From Acidimicrobiia bacterium (GTDB lineage Bacteria > Actinomycetota > Acidimicrobiia > Spongiisociales > ZC4RG35), in contig DATBIX010000046.1 in the NCBI GenBank assembly GCA_036556665.1, forward strand, positions 11,199 to 75,198: 64,000 bases of DNA. The letters are read 5' to 3'. Under the pieces are notes generated by a model. The model was not told the DNA's origin. It made no database searches and was given only the letters and a program-made list of their open reading frames with translations. A program made the position numbers and the translations under genes. Positions 61,850 through 64,000 of this stretch are shown piece by piece. The first letter of the stretch is position 1, and each line of letters opens with the position of its first letter.

Positions 61850-62662
61850 ATGCGCAGGCTGATCACTCTGGCCGTCGCCCTGCTCGCCCTCTCCGCCTGT
61901 GGCGAGGACGCAGGAGGGATCGTCCTGCCCTCGGACCCGGAAGCGCCGGTGATCCAGATCCGCTCCGAAGGTGGGTTCGCCCCGATCGAGCAGATGTATT
62001 CGAGTGGGCCGACCTACACGTTGCTGGGAGGCGGTCGGCTCATCTACGAGGGCCCGGTGATCATGATCTACCCCGGGCCGCTGCTCCCCAACACCCAGGT
62101 GACGGAGGTGACCGACGAGCAGATGTCTGAGATCCTTGCGATGGTCGAGGAGATCGGGCTGCCTGACATGGTGTCGGAGCACGACGATTCCGCCGCCGAT
62201 GATGTAGCCGACGCCACCACCGAGGTGATCACGTTCTGGGACGACGACGGGGAGCACGTCTACTCGGTCTACGCGTTGGGGATAGACACCGACCCGGTCC
62301 CGGCGACGGCAGCCGCGGTCGAGTTGGTCAACGTGCTTTCGGCGGCAGCCTCGACCGGTGTCTCCGACGAATACACCGGAGATCGGGTTCGGATCATCGC
62401 CGGGGTCTCCCAGACTGCCCCCGAGCCCGGTTTCGAGGACATCCGACCCTGGCCTCTGGCAGGGGAGGATCCCGCTCGATGGGAGCAGCTCGACCTCGGA
62501 TTCTCCTGCAAGGTCTTCGGGCCGGAGACAATCGAGCCGTTCGGCGACGCGACCCAAGTGACCCAGTGGCTCCACCCGGACCCGATGATGGACGCACCGC
62601 CGTTCACTCTGATGGTGCGCTATCTCCATCCCGGGGAGCCGGACTGCCCGGTGGGCGGTTAG
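61850..62662 (+). CDS. Hypothetical lipoprotein (270 aa)
   Basis: ATG 61850 (MRRLITLAVALLALSACGED...) has a lipobox. No family recognised. Confidence 0.5.
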   Translation: MRRLITLAVALLALSACGEDAGGIVLPSDPEAPVIQIRSEGGFAPIEQMYSSGPTYTLLGGGRLIYEGPVIMIYPGPLLPNTQVTEVTDEQMSEILAMVEEIGLPDMVSEHDDSAADDVADATTEVITFWDDDGEHVYSVYALGIDTDPVPATAAAVELVNVLSAAASTGVSDEYTGDRVRIIAGVSQTAPEPGFEDIRPWPLAGEDPARWEQLDLGFSCKVFGPETIEPFGDATQVTQWLHPDPMMDAPPFTLMVRYLHPGEPDCPVGG

Positions 62663-63597
62663 CGAAGCGCTGCCAGGGCTCGCTCGACCGCAGCCGTCGA
62701 AGCGCGGATCGAGGCCATCTCTCCCTCGGTGGCGCCCAGGGGTAGGACTGCCCCGGCACCTCGTCGATCCACCATCCGGGGAAGGGACACGCAGGAGGCG
62801 CCGAGACCGAGCGCAGGGTCGATCAGGGCGCTCACGGGCAAGACCGAGGCGTTGGTCGATTGGTCGAGGGCGCGGAGGATCTGGACGGTGGCGAGGGCGA
62901 TCGCCCAGCTGGTTGCCCCCTTTCCGGCGATTATCTCGTACGCCGCGTTGCGCACCTGCTCCGATATCCGCTCTCTGTCTTCGGCGTCGAGGATTCGGCC
63001 CTCCAGGGTCTCGATCTGGTCGAGTAGGGCACCACCGATGCGCGCCGACGACCAGAGGATGGTCTCGCTGTCACCGTGCTCTCCCACCACGTGGGCATGC
63101 ACGTGCCGCTCCGCCACCCCGTACATGGAGGCAAGGGTGTGGCGCAGCCGTGAGGAGTCGAGCACCGTGCCCGAGCCGAGCACGGTCCCGTCGTCTCGCC
63201 CCGTCATCTCGATGGCGAGGTGGGTGAGCACGTCGACCGGGTTGGATACCAGGAGCAGGACGGCGCCGGGAGCGACGGCGGTCACAGCGGGGACGATGGA
63301 GCGGAGCAGTTGCGCGTTGCGTCCGGCCAGGTCGCGGCGCGTCTCTCCCGGGCGCTGCCTGGCCCCTGCGGTGATGACGACCACGTCGGCCCCGGAGCAG
63401 ACGGCGATGTCGTCGTCGCCCTCGACCACGGCCGGTGGCATGAACTCCAGCCCGTGACGAAGGTCGAGGGCTTCGGCCCTCACCCGGGCCCGGTCCAGGT
63501 CGTGGAGGGTCAACCGACCGGCCACGCCACGGCTCATGGCGGCGAATGCGATCGCCGTCCCGACGCTCCCGGCGCCGATGATCCCGAGATGCTCCAC
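62659..63597 (-). CDS. ldh: L-lactate dehydrogenase
   Basis: GIIGAGSVG Rossmann motif. ITAGARQRPGETRRDL carries Gln at the LDH/MDH discriminating position. The catalytic GEHGDS motif is present. Confidence 0.8.
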   Translation of the reverse strand: MEHLGIIGAGSVGTAIAFAAMSRGVAGRLTLHDLDRARVRAEALDLRHGLEFMPPAVVEGDDDIAVCSGADVVVITAGARQRPGETRRDLAGRNAQLLRSIVPAVTAVAPGAVLLLVSNPVDVLTHLAIEMTGRDDGTVLGSGTVLDSSRLRHTLASMYGVAERHVHAHVVGEHGDSETILWSSARIGGALLDQIETLEGRILDAEDRERISEQVRNAAYEIIAGKGATSWAIALATVQILRALDQSTNASVLPVSALIDPALGLGASCVSLPRMVDRRGAGAVLPLGATEGEMASIRASTAAVERALAALR

Positions 63598-63599
63598 GA

Positions 63600-64000
63600 C
63601 TACCCGGCGACGACGGGCACGCTCTCCATGGCGGCGGCTATGCGCTCCTCCGGGTAGGCGTAGTCGATCAACTCACCGGCGAAGTAGGCCTGGTAGGCGC
63701 CCATGTCGAAGTGCCCGTGCCCGGAGAGGTTGAACAGGATCACCTTCTCCTCCCCTGCTTCCTTGGCCTTCTCCGCCTCCATCATGGCGGCGGCAACGGC
63801 GTGGGTCGGCTCCGGCCCGGGGATGATCCCCTCGACCCGGGCGAACTGCACGGCGCGACTGAAGGTCTCGTTCTGGTGCAGGGCCATCGCCTCGATGATC
63901 CCTTGCTCCTTGAGCAGGGAGACCAGGGGCGCCATCCCGTGATAGCGAAGACCGCCGGCATGGATCGGGTCGGGGACGAAGTCGTGGCCCAGGGTGTGCA
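63600..64000 (-). CDS. TrpB-like (TrpB2-type) PLP-dependent enzyme, C-terminal part only; the gene continues beyond the window
   Basis: GIIPGPEPTHAVAAAM...ILFNLSGHGHFD is typical of the tryptophan synthase beta-like C-terminus. The ORF runs open to the window edge. Confidence 0.75.
   Translation of the reverse strand, partial: HTLGHDFVPDPIHAGGLRYHGMAPLVSLLKEQGIIEAMALHQNETFSRAVQFARVEGIIPGPEPTHAVAAAMMEAEKAKEAGEEKVILFNLSGHGHFDMGAYQAYFAGELIDYAYPEERIAAAMESVPVVAG

Noticed and set aside
1-64000. A scan for CRISPR arrays, tandem or interspersed repeats, tRNA/rRNA genes, transposases, integrases, toxin-antitoxin pairs and known defence-system genes.
   Set aside because: None was seen. The coding density leaves only one gap longer than 200 nt. 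No repeat-spacer periodicity, tRNA-like T-arm motif or mobile-element protein signature appears in any of the translated frames.

Overview
High-GC, about 95% coding chromosomal window with actinobacterial hallmarks: type I GlnA, an Eis-like GNAT, many 4-nt ATGA/GTGA start-stop overlaps and many SD-less starts. I call about 65 CDS. The main themes are listed below.

1. De novo purine biosynthesis is spread over several units: purA-purD, purE, purB, purC-purS-purQ-purL and purF-purM.
2. A nearly complete purine degradation block lies at 44.8-56.0 kb. It holds adenosine/adenine deaminase, a three-subunit xanthine dehydrogenase, an 8-oxoguanine-deaminase-like amidohydrolase, uricase, HIU hydrolase, an allantoicase::OHCU-decarboxylase fusion and allantoinase.
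3. A long minus-strand gene string at 8.8-17.5 kb reads hyuA, AlkD-like glycosylase, hyuB, glcD-glcE-glcF, small membrane protein.
4. Housekeeping genes include argS, glnA, corA, pfk, ldh, and a Leu/Val dehydrogenase followed by a stop-less fused 2-oxoacid dehydrogenase E1 alpha/beta.

I found no rRNA or tRNA genes, CRISPR arrays, transposases, integrases or recognisable defence genes. I cannot point to a clear novel multi-gene system.

The most unusual signal is the only sizeable non-coding gap (1791-2190). It carries the only canonical intrinsic terminator seen in the window, a 20-bp helix that displays a polypyrimidine anti-SD tract exactly complementary to the downstream tusA-like SD, and a perfect CRP-type palindrome. 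I read it as a candidate riboswitch, attenuator or sRNA in front of a tusA/dsrE-like sulfur-relay pair.

Other points worth checking:
- a perfect Cheo/LexA-type box on the leaderless start of an alkB-like gene
- a recurrent TANNNT-N6-start (leaderless) architecture
- GlnR-like half-sites upstream of glnA
- an uncharacterised aldolase/citrate-lyase-like protein embedded in the purine catabolic block
- an AlkD-like DNA glycosylase gene nested between, and translationally coupled to, the hydantoinase subunit genes

All family calls come from reading the supplied translations. No database search was run.
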